Origin: Candidatus Obscuribacteraceae bacterium
GTDB taxonomy: Bacteria > Cyanobacteriota > Vampirovibrionia > Obscuribacterales > Obscuribacteraceae
Direction: 5' to 3'
Assembly: GCA_044229845.1 (NCBI GenBank)
Contig: JBGASG010000011.1
Location: forward strand, 32,001-96,000
DNA: 64,000 nucleotides
The notes beneath the pieces are model-generated. The model saw only the letters and a program-made list of their open reading frames with translations. It searched no databases and had not been told where the DNA came from. This document shows, one piece after another, positions 19,414 to 29,060 of this stretch. How positions within the stretch are numbered: position 1 is the first letter of the stretch; the number at the start of each line of letters is the position of its first letter. The translations under genes and the position numbers were made by a program.

Positions 19414-20820
19414 CTATACGGAGGCTGTGACCATATCCGTTTCGAGCAAATATCCGGCCGCGTCCCAGGACTCAGTGCCACCAAGCACATTGACAACACC
19501 GGTATGTCCCGCGCGCTCGAGAACGCTCTGCGCGATAGCAGAGCGATAGCCGGCCGCACAGACCACCGCCACTGTCACCTCCCTGGACAATTCATAAAGA
19601 CGCTCCGGCAAACTAGCCAAAGGTATGTTGACCGCATCGGGAATATGTCCCAGCTCATACTCGCGCAATCGACGCACATCGAGTATCTGCAGAATGGTGC
19701 CGCACATGACTTTCTCGTAAAGGTCATCGACATTGGTTATTAATGCCGGCGTCACCTCAAAGTCGTCTTCGTGCCAGTCCAACCAGCCGTCTTCAAGATA
19801 ACCGCCAATCTTCTCCAGACCAACTCGAGCAAGTGAGCAAACTGCCTCTTCTACCGCATCATGATTGGCTGCCGCGAGAATAATGGTAGCGCAGTGCGGA
19901 ATCAAAGTTCCAGCCCAGGACGAAAAGCCGAGACCGGACGGAATGTGCAGGGAACCCACCAGGTGCGCATCCGTGTATTCTTTGTTAGTGCGCACATCCA
20001 GCAAGACCGCACCTTGATTGAGCATTGCCCGCGTGCGGGCAGATCCGAGTGCCTGCGGACGCGGCAGGGAGCTGAACCATGTGGCGCCCTGCCGATTGAT
20101 TTTCACATCCTCGGAGAAGTAGGCCGGTATCTCCGGCGTATGCTCGGTGACAAGCGAGATGAAAGATTCTCTGGACATTGGCTTGAGCGCGTAGTTAATT
20201 CGCTTCTGTCGTCCAATCGTGGAAGTCAGCTCCTTGCCGATTCTCTTCCCACAAAGCGAGCCGGCACCGTGAGAGGGGTAAAGCTCAGTCTCATCTGCAA
20301 GCTTCAGTATTTTGTCGTGCAGGCTGTCATACAGAAGTCCTGCCATCTCGCCTTCAGGATGCCCCTGCGACGCGGCCAGGTCAACCCGTCCAACATCGCC
20401 GCAAAACAAGGTGTCGCCCGAGAACAACTTCTCGGGACTGGTGGCGTCACTGGTATCACGCACCAACAAGCAGATGCTATCAATTGTGTGACCGGGTGTT
20501 TCCAGAACAGTAATTTCCAGAGTCCCCAGTTTGATCACGGCGCCGTCGCCCTTTGTCACGTGCGGGAAACGCAATGCCCTCGACTGGGCGCCGACAATGA
20601 TCTGGGCTCTGGTCCGCTCCGCCAACTCGCGATGACCACTGACGAAATCAGCATGCATGTGAGTCTCGATCACGTACCGGATTTTCAGTCCCGCGGCTTC
20701 GGCTTCGTCTATATAGCAATCGACATCGCGTTGCGGGTCTATTACAGCTGCTTCGCCTCCAGACCCGATCAGGTATGAAGCATGCGCCAGGCAAGGCTGA
20801 TAGAACTGTTTGAGAAACAT
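19414..20820 (-). CDS. MBL-fold persulfide dioxygenase-rhodanese fusion (CstB-like)
   Basis: ETHMHADFVSG, TPGHT, FSGDTLF, HGAGSLCG, two rhodanese domains (CAAGYRS). Confidence 0.92.
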   Translation of the reverse strand: MFLKQFYQPCLAHASYLIGSGGEAAVIDPQRDVDCYIDEAEAAGLKIRYVIETHMHADFVSGHRELAERTRAQIIVGAQSRALRFPHVTKGDGAVIKLGTLEITVLETPGHTIDSICLLVRDTSDATSPEKLFSGDTLFCGDVGRVDLAASQGHPEGEMAGLLYDSLHDKILKLADETELYPSHGAGSLCGKRIGKELTSTIGRQKRINYALKPMSRESFISLVTEHTPEIPAYFSEDVKINRQGATWFSSLPRPQALGSARTRAMLNQGAVLLDVRTNKEYTDAHLVGSLHIPSGLGFSSWAGTLIPHCATIILAAANHDAVEEAVCSLARVGLEKIGGYLEDGWLDWHEDDFEVTPALITNVDDLYEKVMCGTILQILDVRRLREYELGHIPDAVNIPLASLPERLYELSREVTVAVVCAAGYRSAIAQSVLERAGHTGVVNVLGGTESWDAAGYLLETDMVTASV

Positions 20821-21017
20821 GCAGATACCCCTTTTTCAGACGAGCAACTGCAATTGATACTAGCTGGCGAACGCAACTAATTCATCATCCCTGAGAGGTA
20901 TGCGTTTGTGTCAGTCGACTGCCTCCCCCGAGATTTGCAGTCAGATAACCAATCCAATGACCGATGCGTCGTGCCTTGCCGGTTGCTAGATTGCACAGTA
21001 GGAAACTGAGCGATGAG

Positions 21018-22319
21018 ATGAGTTCGATGGCAAATGAGGTGCTAGAGTCGAATAAAAAAGGCCCAGCGCGTCTGTCCTCTTTGATCAAGAGTGTTGGACC
21101 TGGCGTGGTGACCGGCGCCGCCGATGACGATCCATCGGGGATCGTCACCTATACGGCTGCGGGATCGTCCTTTGGCTTTGGCTTTCTCTGGACCGCGCTC
21201 CTCACCTATCCGCTTATGTGCGCGGTAGAGTACATGTCGGCTAAAGTTGCTCTCGTCACAGGAGAGGGGCTGTCCGGGGTAATCAAAGAGCATTACGGAT
21301 CGAAAGTTGTTTTTGCGACTCTGGCTATATTGCTAATAGCCAACACGATCAATGCAGGTACTGATATTGGAGCAGTGGCGGCCGCAATCAATTTGCTGGC
21401 ACCAAAACTTCCTATTAGCTGGTTGATCATTCCCGTAGGTATGGTTGTGATTGCGCTCCAGGTTCTGTGCTCGTATGCAATGCTGAGACGAGTATTACAG
21501 TGGCTGACCGTCTCGCTGTTGGCCTATGTGGCCACCATCTTTTTCGTGAAGGTAGACTGGTCGTCCGTCATCTACAACACTATCGTTCCCCATCTGCAGC
21601 TCACTAAAGAATCAATGGCGATGTTGGTTGCAATACTGGGCACGACCATTTCGCCGTACTGCTTATTTTGGCAAGCGACGGAGGAAGTGGAAGAAGAGAG
21701 GGCGCAAGGCCGCGTAGAACGCAGTCAGAGGCTTGGCGTCACCGATAAGGAATTACGCGGTGCTGTTGACGATATCGACTTTGGCATGATGCTTTGTATC
21801 GGCGTCATGTACTCCATAATGCTCACGAGTGCCTGTGCCATTGACGGAGTTCACGGCATACAAATCAAGACCGCCGCGGATGCCGCTAGAGCCTTGCGAC
21901 CGCTGGCCGGTCCGGCAGCCGAACTGCTCTTCGCCGTTGGCATCATCGGCACCGGCTTGTTGGCAATTCCTGTACTAACCGCATCAGCAGCCTATGCACT
22001 GTCAGAAGCTTGGGGCTGGCAAGCGACCCTAGACACCAAACCATCTAAGGGTATCGGGTTCTACACCGTCATAATTGCGTCCGTCGTGATCGGCATCACT
22101 CTCGTCGAAGCGGGCGTCAATCCCATCTCTGCTCTGGTGTGGACCGCAGTATTGAACGGACTGCTGGCGCCACCGCTTCTGGTGCTGCTGATGTTGATTG
22201 CCAACAACAGGAATATCATGGGCACACGAGTTAATAGTTTGGGCGAGAATATCTTGGGCTGGTCAGCAGCCGGTATTATGACAGTCGCAGCCCTGCTTCT
22301 ATTTTTCTTGATGTTTTGA
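21018..22319 (+). CDS. Nramp-family divalent metal transporter (DDDPSG subtype)
   Basis: GPGVVTGAADDDPSG, LGTTISPY, about 11 TM segments. Confidence 0.92.
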   Translation: MSSMANEVLESNKKGPARLSSLIKSVGPGVVTGAADDDPSGIVTYTAAGSSFGFGFLWTALLTYPLMCAVEYMSAKVALVTGEGLSGVIKEHYGSKVVFATLAILLIANTINAGTDIGAVAAAINLLAPKLPISWLIIPVGMVVIALQVLCSYAMLRRVLQWLTVSLLAYVATIFFVKVDWSSVIYNTIVPHLQLTKESMAMLVAILGTTISPYCLFWQATEEVEEERAQGRVERSQRLGVTDKELRGAVDDIDFGMMLCIGVMYSIMLTSACAIDGVHGIQIKTAADAARALRPLAGPAAELLFAVGIIGTGLLAIPVLTASAAYALSEAWGWQATLDTKPSKGIGFYTVIIASVVIGITLVEAGVNPISALVWTAVLNGLLAPPLLVLLMLIANNRNIMGTRVNSLGENILGWSAAGIMTVAALLLFFLMF

Positions 22320-22332
22320 TTTCGTGCAAAGA

Positions 22333-22380
22333 AAAAACTGCGCAGAACCGGAGATTTCAGCATGGTACTGCGCAGTTTTT
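22333..22380 (+). terminator. Probable intrinsic terminator
   Basis: AAAAACTGCGCAG...CTGCGCAGTTTTT inverted repeat just after the stop codon. Confidence 0.65.
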
Positions 22381-22667
22381 GAGTTGTCTTTACAAGGTCG
22401 AGCTTCGGTCGTTGCGGAAGTGGAAGTGGAATCAGTCTCAGGTATCAGTGTATGCATCAATCTATCCGAACAAAAGACACAAGACATCCGCACTGAGGAT
22501 GATTACCGTCTGGTAACTAGCTCAAAGACTCCCGCTCAGCCTTTAGGATGACTGCAATTCTAGATTCACTCCTGGGATTGAAGACATGATGTTCCCTCGC
22601 GCTGATAATCCAAGTATAGCTACAAGGAGTTCCGTCTCTCTTAACTTCAGTCTTCAGTCAGACTCTC

Positions 22668-24446
22668 GTGTTAAGCGCAAAATACAATCCGTTCCGCGCT
22701 CTCACTTCGACACTGCGAGGTCGACTAGTCCTGCTCGTCTGTCTGGCTACATTGCCTGCGGTTCTGTTTACGCTTTATATGGCAGAAGGTGAACGGACGG
22801 CAACCTTGAAGCGGCATGAGGACGAAGGACAGCAAATTCTGAGAACCATTTCTCGCGATCATCTATACCAGATTGCCGGGGCCAAGAGTCTTTTGCAATG
22901 GCTGGCAGACAAGCTGGAAAATGACGAGAGTATTTCTTTTCTGCGTGACGCCAATTATCTCAACGCCTTTCTCTCAGGCTACCCGCAATTGGGAAACATT
23001 GCCGTCCTTGAGCCCAACGGAAATGTTTACGCCAGTGCTCGACCGCTAACTGAGCCGATTAACATGTTCAATTACGAGGCTATTCAGCGAGCCCTGAAAT
23101 CCCATGAGATTGAAACAGGCGGATATGCAATCGGTCCGATTGTAAAACGCCCGCTTTTGCACCTCTCGAAAGCCGTACGAGATAAAAGAGGAAACGTACG
23201 TTGGGTTGTCTTTGTGGCGCTCGATCTGGAGTACTTAAGCAAGCTGTGTGAACAGGCACAACTACCCGGCGAGCAAGTGCTTCTAATTGTCGATCGCGAT
23301 GGAACTGTACTGGCACACTCCAAAGCCGAGCACTCGACAGAGTACGCCACAGGTAAGCGAGTTCGTGAATTAGCTGAGCACGAGAACTCTCAAGGCGGTG
23401 ATCAAGTTCGACAGCCGGGCGCCATTGTTTTTAAACAAACGCCTTTGCAGGTGCCCGGTCTTTCGCTGGCAGTTTCCATTCCCACCAAACGAATACACGC
23501 CGAGGCCAATGCATCGTTTATTCGCATGACCACTATTCTTTCACTCCTGACTCTGTCTACAGTAGCTTCGGTTGTCTTTCTCGAAGAATTTTCGTTGCTC
23601 CGTTCTTTGCGATATCTGTCCACATGTACCCGTCGCTTTGGAGATGGAGACTATTCGGTGCGCATGAAAATTCCTCGCGGCTACGGCGAGCTGGAGCGCA
23701 TGGCCGATGTTTTCAACACCATGGCTGAACAGCTGGCGCAAAGGCATCAGGAAATCATAGCCTCCAACGCTCACTTCGACAAACTAACTCGTCACCTTCA
23801 AATTGCTCGCGAATCGGAATGCTTGAGAATTGCTCGGGACCTGCATGATGAGGTCGGGCAGGTATTGACCAGCATTAAGTTGGATTTGAGTTGCTTTCAG
23901 CCGCACTGCACTCAAAAGGATACGCTGCCCTGTGAAAACCACGTCGATCTGATCAAGACCAAGCTCGACGACCTGATTTCGTTTATCCGCACAATCGCAT
24001 CAGACTTGCGTCCACCAGTCCTCGATCGGATGGGGCTGGTAAAAGCCATTCAACTTCTGGCAAGAACCATCGAACGACAGAGCGACTTGATGATCGAAGT
24101 CGAAGCGCAGGTGGAAGAACCCCTCGATTGGCTGACATCAATCACCGTTTATCGGATTGTGCAAGAATCGCTGACAAATGTAGTAAGACACGCCCAGGCA
24201 ACTGAGGCAACCGTACGATTATCCACGGATGGGAGTCATATCCAGTTGAAAGTGCAAGACAACGGCAAGGGGTTTGTCGAGCCACAGAGCAACGAGCGAG
24301 AGGCACTGGGCATTCTGGGCATGCGAGAGAGGACTCGTTTGATAAATGGCACGTTCCTGATCTACAGCGGGATCGGCCGCGGCACCACTGTTGAGGCGTC
24401 TATTCCACAAGTGCAGCCTAACGAAAATGCGCATCTTGCTAGCTGA
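22668..24446 (+). CDS. Membrane sensor histidine kinase (Cache-like, HAMP, HisKA_3)
   Basis: IARDLHDEVGQ, QESLTNVVRHA, DNGKGF, LGILGMRER; two TM segments. Confidence 0.95.
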   Translation: MLSAKYNPFRALTSTLRGRLVLLVCLATLPAVLFTLYMAEGERTATLKRHEDEGQQILRTISRDHLYQIAGAKSLLQWLADKLENDESISFLRDANYLNAFLSGYPQLGNIAVLEPNGNVYASARPLTEPINMFNYEAIQRALKSHEIETGGYAIGPIVKRPLLHLSKAVRDKRGNVRWVVFVALDLEYLSKLCEQAQLPGEQVLLIVDRDGTVLAHSKAEHSTEYATGKRVRELAEHENSQGGDQVRQPGAIVFKQTPLQVPGLSLAVSIPTKRIHAEANASFIRMTTILSLLTLSTVASVVFLEEFSLLRSLRYLSTCTRRFGDGDYSVRMKIPRGYGELERMADVFNTMAEQLAQRHQEIIASNAHFDKLTRHLQIARESECLRIARDLHDEVGQVLTSIKLDLSCFQPHCTQKDTLPCENHVDLIKTKLDDLISFIRTIASDLRPPVLDRMGLVKAIQLLARTIERQSDLMIEVEAQVEEPLDWLTSITVYRIVQESLTNVVRHAQATEATVRLSTDGSHIQLKVQDNGKGFVEPQSNEREALGILGMRERTRLINGTFLIYSGIGRGTTVEASIPQVQPNENAHLAS

Positions 24447-25056
24447 CGATCACTCGATGTTCCGCGCCGGACTGCGCCGGATAATCGAAGACTGCCGACC
24501 TGGTGTTTGTATCGTAGAAGCCGCTTCGTGTGATGAGTGCTTGCAGATTGCCCGTGCCGGCAAGTTGGATTTGATAATTCTGGATGTGTCCATGCATTCC
24601 CAAAACAGTCTGGGCATCTTGCCTGAAATCAAGAATTGTCAGCCTCATACACCGATCATGATGCTCAGTATGCATGCCGACACTGAGTTTGTTGTGCAGG
24701 CACTGCGAGCCGGAGCGTCGGGCTATTTGACAAAGGAGCACACTGCAGAGGAGCTGATTCGAGCAATCGACACTGCCCTCTCCGGGCAGCGCTACGTCAG
24801 TTCATCGCTGGCAGAAAACCTGGTTGATCTTATCGCTGGCGGCACATCGGACAAGCCGCACGAAGCCCTATCGGTACGCGAGCGAGAAGTATTCTTGTTA
24901 ATCGCAGCCGGAAAATCACTGTCCGAAATTGCCAGGCTTCTCTCGTTGAGCACCAAGACGGTAAGCACATACAGAACCAGAATCTTGGAAAAAATGGCGC
25001 TCGGTTCCAATGCCGAGTTGATGCGATATGCACTACGCAACAAACTGGTTGACTGA
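24427..25056 (+). CDS. NarL/UvrY-family response regulator
   Basis: MRILLADDH, ILDVSM, GASGYLTK, LuxR HTH LSVRERE...KTVSTYRTRILEK. Confidence 0.96.
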   Translation: MRILLADDHSMFRAGLRRIIEDCRPGVCIVEAASCDECLQIARAGKLDLIILDVSMHSQNSLGILPEIKNCQPHTPIMMLSMHADTEFVVQALRAGASGYLTKEHTAEELIRAIDTALSGQRYVSSSLAENLVDLIAGGTSDKPHEALSVREREVFLLIAAGKSLSEIARLLSLSTKTVSTYRTRILEKMALGSNAELMRYALRNKLVD

Positions 25057-25080
25057 CCAACGCTCTGCAAGCATTTAGCA

Positions 25081-25099
25081 TGTAGGAATTCTTCCTACA
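25081..25099. promoter_or_regulatory. Palindrome TGTAGGAA-TTC-TTCCTACA, candidate response-regulator site
   Basis: Perfect 8-bp inverted repeat between the regulator and the TDT transporter gene. Confidence 0.5.
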
Positions 25100-25179
25100 C
25101 ACTGCGTCGTCTTAATTCCGACTGAACAATGAGAATTTCGCCGATAGGCAGAATTCGGCTCTGGGGTCACACTGTTAGT

Positions 25180-26328
25180 ATGGAAGACGCTATATGCACT
25201 ACCAAACAAGTTGAGGCACCACCCGAGGCCCGCCTCTGGCTAGGCTACGTGACAAAGACACTAGCTCAACTCCATCCGGCCTATTTCGCCCTGGTAATGG
25301 CTACAGGAATCGTATCTCTCGATTGTCATCTTCTGGGACTGGAAGAGTTCGCCCGCTTCCTCTTTCTTGTCAATGTCGCGGCATACTCCATACTCCTCGT
25401 TCTATACCTGTCGCGACTCGCCTTGTTTACGTCCAACTTCATAGAGGATTGTTTTTCCCACAAGCGGGCCTTCGGCTTCTTCACTATAGTTGCTGCTACT
25501 AATGTCCTGGGCTCTCAGTTCTCTCAACTGGCAGGAAATATGGCAGTTGCACAAGCGCTGTGGTGGCTGTCTCTGGTCTTCTGGCTTGCATGCACGTACA
25601 GCATTTTTGTGTTCCTGGTGGTCAAAAGAGAGAAGCCCAGCTTCGAAGACGGCATCAACGGCGGCTGGCTGGTTGCAGTCGTCGCCACGCAGTCGATGTG
25701 CGTGCTGGGCACCCAGGTTAGACCTCAACTGTTCGCGCATCCGGATCTCTCAGTTTTGCTTTTGTTCTCATTCTGGCTCTTTGGTGGCATGCTCTATATC
25801 TGGTTGATCTCGCTGATCTTCTACAGATACATGTTCTTTAGATTCGAGCCATCAGATCTGATACCACCTTATTGGATCAACATGGGAGCAATGGCAATCA
25901 GCACGCTGGCGGGCGCCGAGCTGGTCAACAGATTTGGCGGCCTACATCCGATTACCGAAATGCTGCCTTTCGTCAAAGGGCTGACGCTGTTTTACTGGGC
26001 AACCGCCACCTGGTGGATACCCATGCTATTCGGACTCTTTGCCTGGCGCCATCTGGTACGGCGTTTCAAGTTTACTTATGACCCTCTCTACTGGGGGCTC
26101 GTTTTTCCCCTGGGTATGTATTCAGTTTGTACGCTGCGCCTGGCAGCCGCCATAGATGTCCTGGCTCTGTCCGGTCTGGCTCAAATTTTCTTGATCTTCG
26201 CTCTGGTTGCCTGGCTGCTGACTTTCCTCAGCATGGGGCAGCGGCTCGTGTACCCGGTCGTGTTGGCTTTGAGAGTGGTGAAATTTATTTGTTTTGGAGG
26301 AATGAAAGATGACAGCGCAAGGAAGTGA
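25180..26328 (+). CDS. TDT/SLAC1-family (tellurite resistance/C4-dicarboxylate) transporter
   Basis: PAYFALVMATGIVS, GGWLVAVVATQS, PPYWINMGAMAISTLAG, YWGLVFPLGMY. Confidence 0.92.
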   Translation: MEDAICTTKQVEAPPEARLWLGYVTKTLAQLHPAYFALVMATGIVSLDCHLLGLEEFARFLFLVNVAAYSILLVLYLSRLALFTSNFIEDCFSHKRAFGFFTIVAATNVLGSQFSQLAGNMAVAQALWWLSLVFWLACTYSIFVFLVVKREKPSFEDGINGGWLVAVVATQSMCVLGTQVRPQLFAHPDLSVLLLFSFWLFGGMLYIWLISLIFYRYMFFRFEPSDLIPPYWINMGAMAISTLAGAELVNRFGGLHPITEMLPFVKGLTLFYWATATWWIPMLFGLFAWRHLVRRFKFTYDPLYWGLVFPLGMYSVCTLRLAAAIDVLALSGLAQIFLIFALVAWLLTFLSMGQRLVYPVVLALRVVKFICFGGMKDDSARK

Positions 26329-26644
26329 CAGTGCTTTGACTTACGCACCATGCTTGTTGGACGTATGCAGACGAGACTCCAGCCGGCACCGCGAGAAGGA
26401 ATGCCCGGTTGCTCGACTAAAATCCGGAAAAAATCTGGTTATGGCAGGATTTGTGGTGTGCCTGACTGGCGTACTAGCTTATTGCGCATTCGCTTTGATA
26501 CCGCCTGATCAATTTCTGGTGAACCCAACATTCTCCGCCGGTTGCGTATCTGTGATCGCTATCGGGTTTTTGTTGTGGCTAGTGGGCGCAATTCGCTACT
26601 TCAACGCGGCCATCGATGCCGGTGATGCCGAAAACCTGTTCTAG
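26309..26644 (+). CDS. Hypothetical two-TM membrane protein
   Basis: GGAGG SD, overlap with the upstream gene, two TM segments. Confidence 0.65.
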   Translation: MTAQGSDSALTYAPCLLDVCRRDSSRHREKECPVARLKSGKNLVMAGFVVCLTGVLAYCAFALIPPDQFLVNPTFSAGCVSVIAIGFLLWLVGAIRYFNAAIDAGDAENLF

Positions 26645-26763
26645 ACGTCGAGTTCTCTCTCGGATACCTAATAAGGATGACCTTCTTTATCCTCTAGAAT
26701 CATGCACCGAAACGGATTACTGGCGACAATGTGCACAGTCCGAATTGCTGGCAGGTGCATAAT

Positions 26764-27495
26764 ATGGTCAAGGATTCACTTTTCGACACCACAAGTCTAA
26801 ACGAGGAAATATTCAGCGACCGGCAGCACGCCGGCAAGTACATCGGCAGCCGCCTGCGATCTATGTATTCCGCCGCCGATGACGCTCTACCAATGGTAGT
26901 AGCGATCGGTAGGGGCGGCATACCTGTCGCTTACGAAACATCCAGAGTGCTGGGAGTGCCGTATTTCAGTGCATTAGGTTGCCGAAAGATCCCCTGCAAT
27001 ACAAACAGAATGGTTCCTATTGGGGTGGCTACCGCCGAAGGCGTCGCGGTAGTTAACGACCAAATGGTGCGAATCACCGCTCTTCCCGAACCGGTGCTCG
27101 ATGCTAAGAAAGCACAGGCAATCAAAGACGCCAAGTTTGATCAAACTGCGTTCGATGCATCCTCTCATTTAGGATGTGCAGACTTCACTGCTCGGGACGT
27201 TGTGTTGGTTGATGATGGTATCTCTACCGGAATGACTGCTCTGTCCGCTATCCGGTCGATGAAACAGCGAGCGGTACGCAGTATAACGCTGGCTGCGCCT
27301 GTAGTGTCCAACGATGTCCTGCCACAGCTTGAGCGTGAATGCGACGCGGTTGTCTATTCTTTCAAGATGAACCATATCTTGTCGCTCGAGGACTATTATA
27401 ACGATTTCCCCCGCGTAACACTGGCTGAGGCGACGAGACTGCTATCTACCCAGTTGATGTTCGAGCAATCGTCGAAGCTTGCCTCTGCCGTGTAG
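26764..27495 (+). CDS. Phosphoribosyltransferase-domain protein
   Basis: FSDRQHAG, RGGIPV, VVLVDDGISTGMT PRPP loop. Confidence 0.9.
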   Translation: MVKDSLFDTTSLNEEIFSDRQHAGKYIGSRLRSMYSAADDALPMVVAIGRGGIPVAYETSRVLGVPYFSALGCRKIPCNTNRMVPIGVATAEGVAVVNDQMVRITALPEPVLDAKKAQAIKDAKFDQTAFDASSHLGCADFTARDVVLVDDGISTGMTALSAIRSMKQRAVRSITLAAPVVSNDVLPQLERECDAVVYSFKMNHILSLEDYYNDFPRVTLAEATRLLSTQLMFEQSSKLASAV

Positions 27496-27524
27496 AGCGC
27501 TTCGCCGCCGGTGCTGGGCAAAGA

Positions 27525-27540
27525 TCATCCGAAGGGATGA
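27525..27540. promoter_or_regulatory. TCATCC-N4-GGATGA operator candidate
   Basis: TCATCCGAAGGGATGA, intergenic. Confidence 0.65.
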
Positions 27541-27619
27541 TCGCGATCCGTCTTCAGCCTGATCGTAAGCAACTGGATTTGCGTCAGAATCAAGGAAGAT
27601 CGTAGCGAGACTGACTTCA

Positions 27620-28030
27620 ATGTCCACGAGTCTCAAGTTGAAGCGCCCGAAAGCCACCGCCCTCTCCGGATTTGCTCCGCTTTTCCGGCCCCCCGACCAC
27701 GTTTATCTGCAGAGTATCGCCTCCTGGTTGACCGCAGTCAGTATGTATTACCCAAAGTCAGGGCGTCATCTCCAGAAGTTTCATATTGAAGCTACTGAGT
27801 GTGGTGTTGATAAGATGGGTGTTTTGTTCAAGCTGGCTTTCGGCACTCCCAAGCAGTATGCGGCAATTCTTGAAAGCTGCCAGTCATTGAGTGAAGAAGA
27901 TCTGAATGACCTTGCCGAGAACGCATTGCTTCGCCCCCTTACGCAGTTAGCAGAAGATTTGCGAGCGGCCCGAAGCCCGTACAAATGGCTGGCGCTGAGC
28001 GTGGTCGAGGTTTTGAAAACGACGAAGTAA
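27620..28030 (+). CDS. Hypothetical protein
   Basis: ORF fills the gap, preceded by a perfect TCATCC-N4-GGATGA site. Confidence 0.55.
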   Translation: MSTSLKLKRPKATALSGFAPLFRPPDHVYLQSIASWLTAVSMYYPKSGRHLQKFHIEATECGVDKMGVLFKLAFGTPKQYAAILESCQSLSEEDLNDLAENALLRPLTQLAEDLRAARSPYKWLALSVVEVLKTTK

Positions 28031-28055
28031 GGTCACGTTCGATAACCACGGATGC

Positions 28056-29060
28056 TCAATCGATTTTTCCGTAGGAATGCAGCCCGCCAAAGCCCAGGAC
28101 GTTGAAGCCCAGATAGGTAAGAAGTGTCAACAAAAGCCCGAGGACTGCAACGACGGCAACGGCATCGTTTGATCTGCCTGACCTGCCTGACCTGGTGCGC
28201 AAGTGCATGTAAATTGCATAAGTGAGCCAGGTCACCAGCGACATGGATTCCTTTGGGTCCCAGGACCAGTATGTGCCCCAGGCATGGTTAGCCCAGAGGG
28301 CACCGCTGATGATGCCAAAGGTCAGGAGCGGAAAGCCCAGCGTAATACAACGATGTGAAATTTCATCATACATGCGCGCCTTTGGCAAGTCGGGTCCGAC
28401 AATCTGCCGCTCTTGCTGCAAAAAGAAGGCGGCCAGTATCAGCAAGAATATGCTGCCGACCCAAAAGATTACATGCAGCAGATTTTGGGCGAGCGCATGA
28501 CTCAGCCCTAGGGCAATTGAAAGAAACGAAACCAGGATAGCTCCTGCCAGTGCCGCGGTTGTTTTGCGACGAAACTGCGTCCACAGATAAGCTACGGCGC
28601 TTGCGCCACCACACAGAAACAGAGCATAAGAGATCATCAATGGCGGTACATGGACAACGCGCCAGTTACTTACCAGGGCAGGCATCAACGGCATGACTGT
28701 GCGTTGGGATTCCGGCAGCCAGCTGCAGAAGAGAAAGATGGAACATACTGCCAGGGCTGTTGCAACGCCGAAACGAGCGTCGCGGTAACGCCAGGCAATA
28801 TAAAGGTAAACTCCGGTGAGCGACCAAGCAAATAGCACAAGGCTTTCATAGAGATTGGCTGTCGGAAAGCGTGCCGCCTGAAGTCCCCTAAACACCACAG
28901 CTCCAGTGATACCGATAAATGTGATGGTAAAAGCGATCAGAGCCAGTCTGCTACACCATTCCTGCTTGCTTCGAAAGGCCTTTCCCATAATGAATAACCA
29001 CAAGGAAACCAGTCCGGCCAATCCTGCGACATTTGTCAGTGCTGCATCGGTTGCTATCAT
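28056..29060 (-). CDS. ccsA: Cytochrome c biogenesis protein CcsA (system II, WWD domain)
   Basis: NLYESL, PALVSNWRVVHV, GALWANHAWGTYWSWDPKE, GLHSYG. Confidence 0.96.
   Translation of the reverse strand: MIATDAALTNVAGLAGLVSLWLFIMGKAFRSKQEWCSRLALIAFTITFIGITGAVVFRGLQAARFPTANLYESLVLFAWSLTGVYLYIAWRYRDARFGVATALAVCSIFLFCSWLPESQRTVMPLMPALVSNWRVVHVPPLMISYALFLCGGASAVAYLWTQFRRKTTAALAGAILVSFLSIALGLSHALAQNLLHVIFWVGSIFLLILAAFFLQQERQIVGPDLPKARMYDEISHRCITLGFPLLTFGIISGALWANHAWGTYWSWDPKESMSLVTWLTYAIYMHLRTRSGRSGRSNDAVAVVAVLGLLLTLLTYLGFNVLGFGGLHSYGKID

Noticed and set aside
16690..20778. Long antisense ORFs (16690-17484, 19861-20778; likewise 47859-48599, 53165-54100)
   Set aside because: They lie opposite well-supported genes and carry no motifs; such shadows are expected at this GC content.
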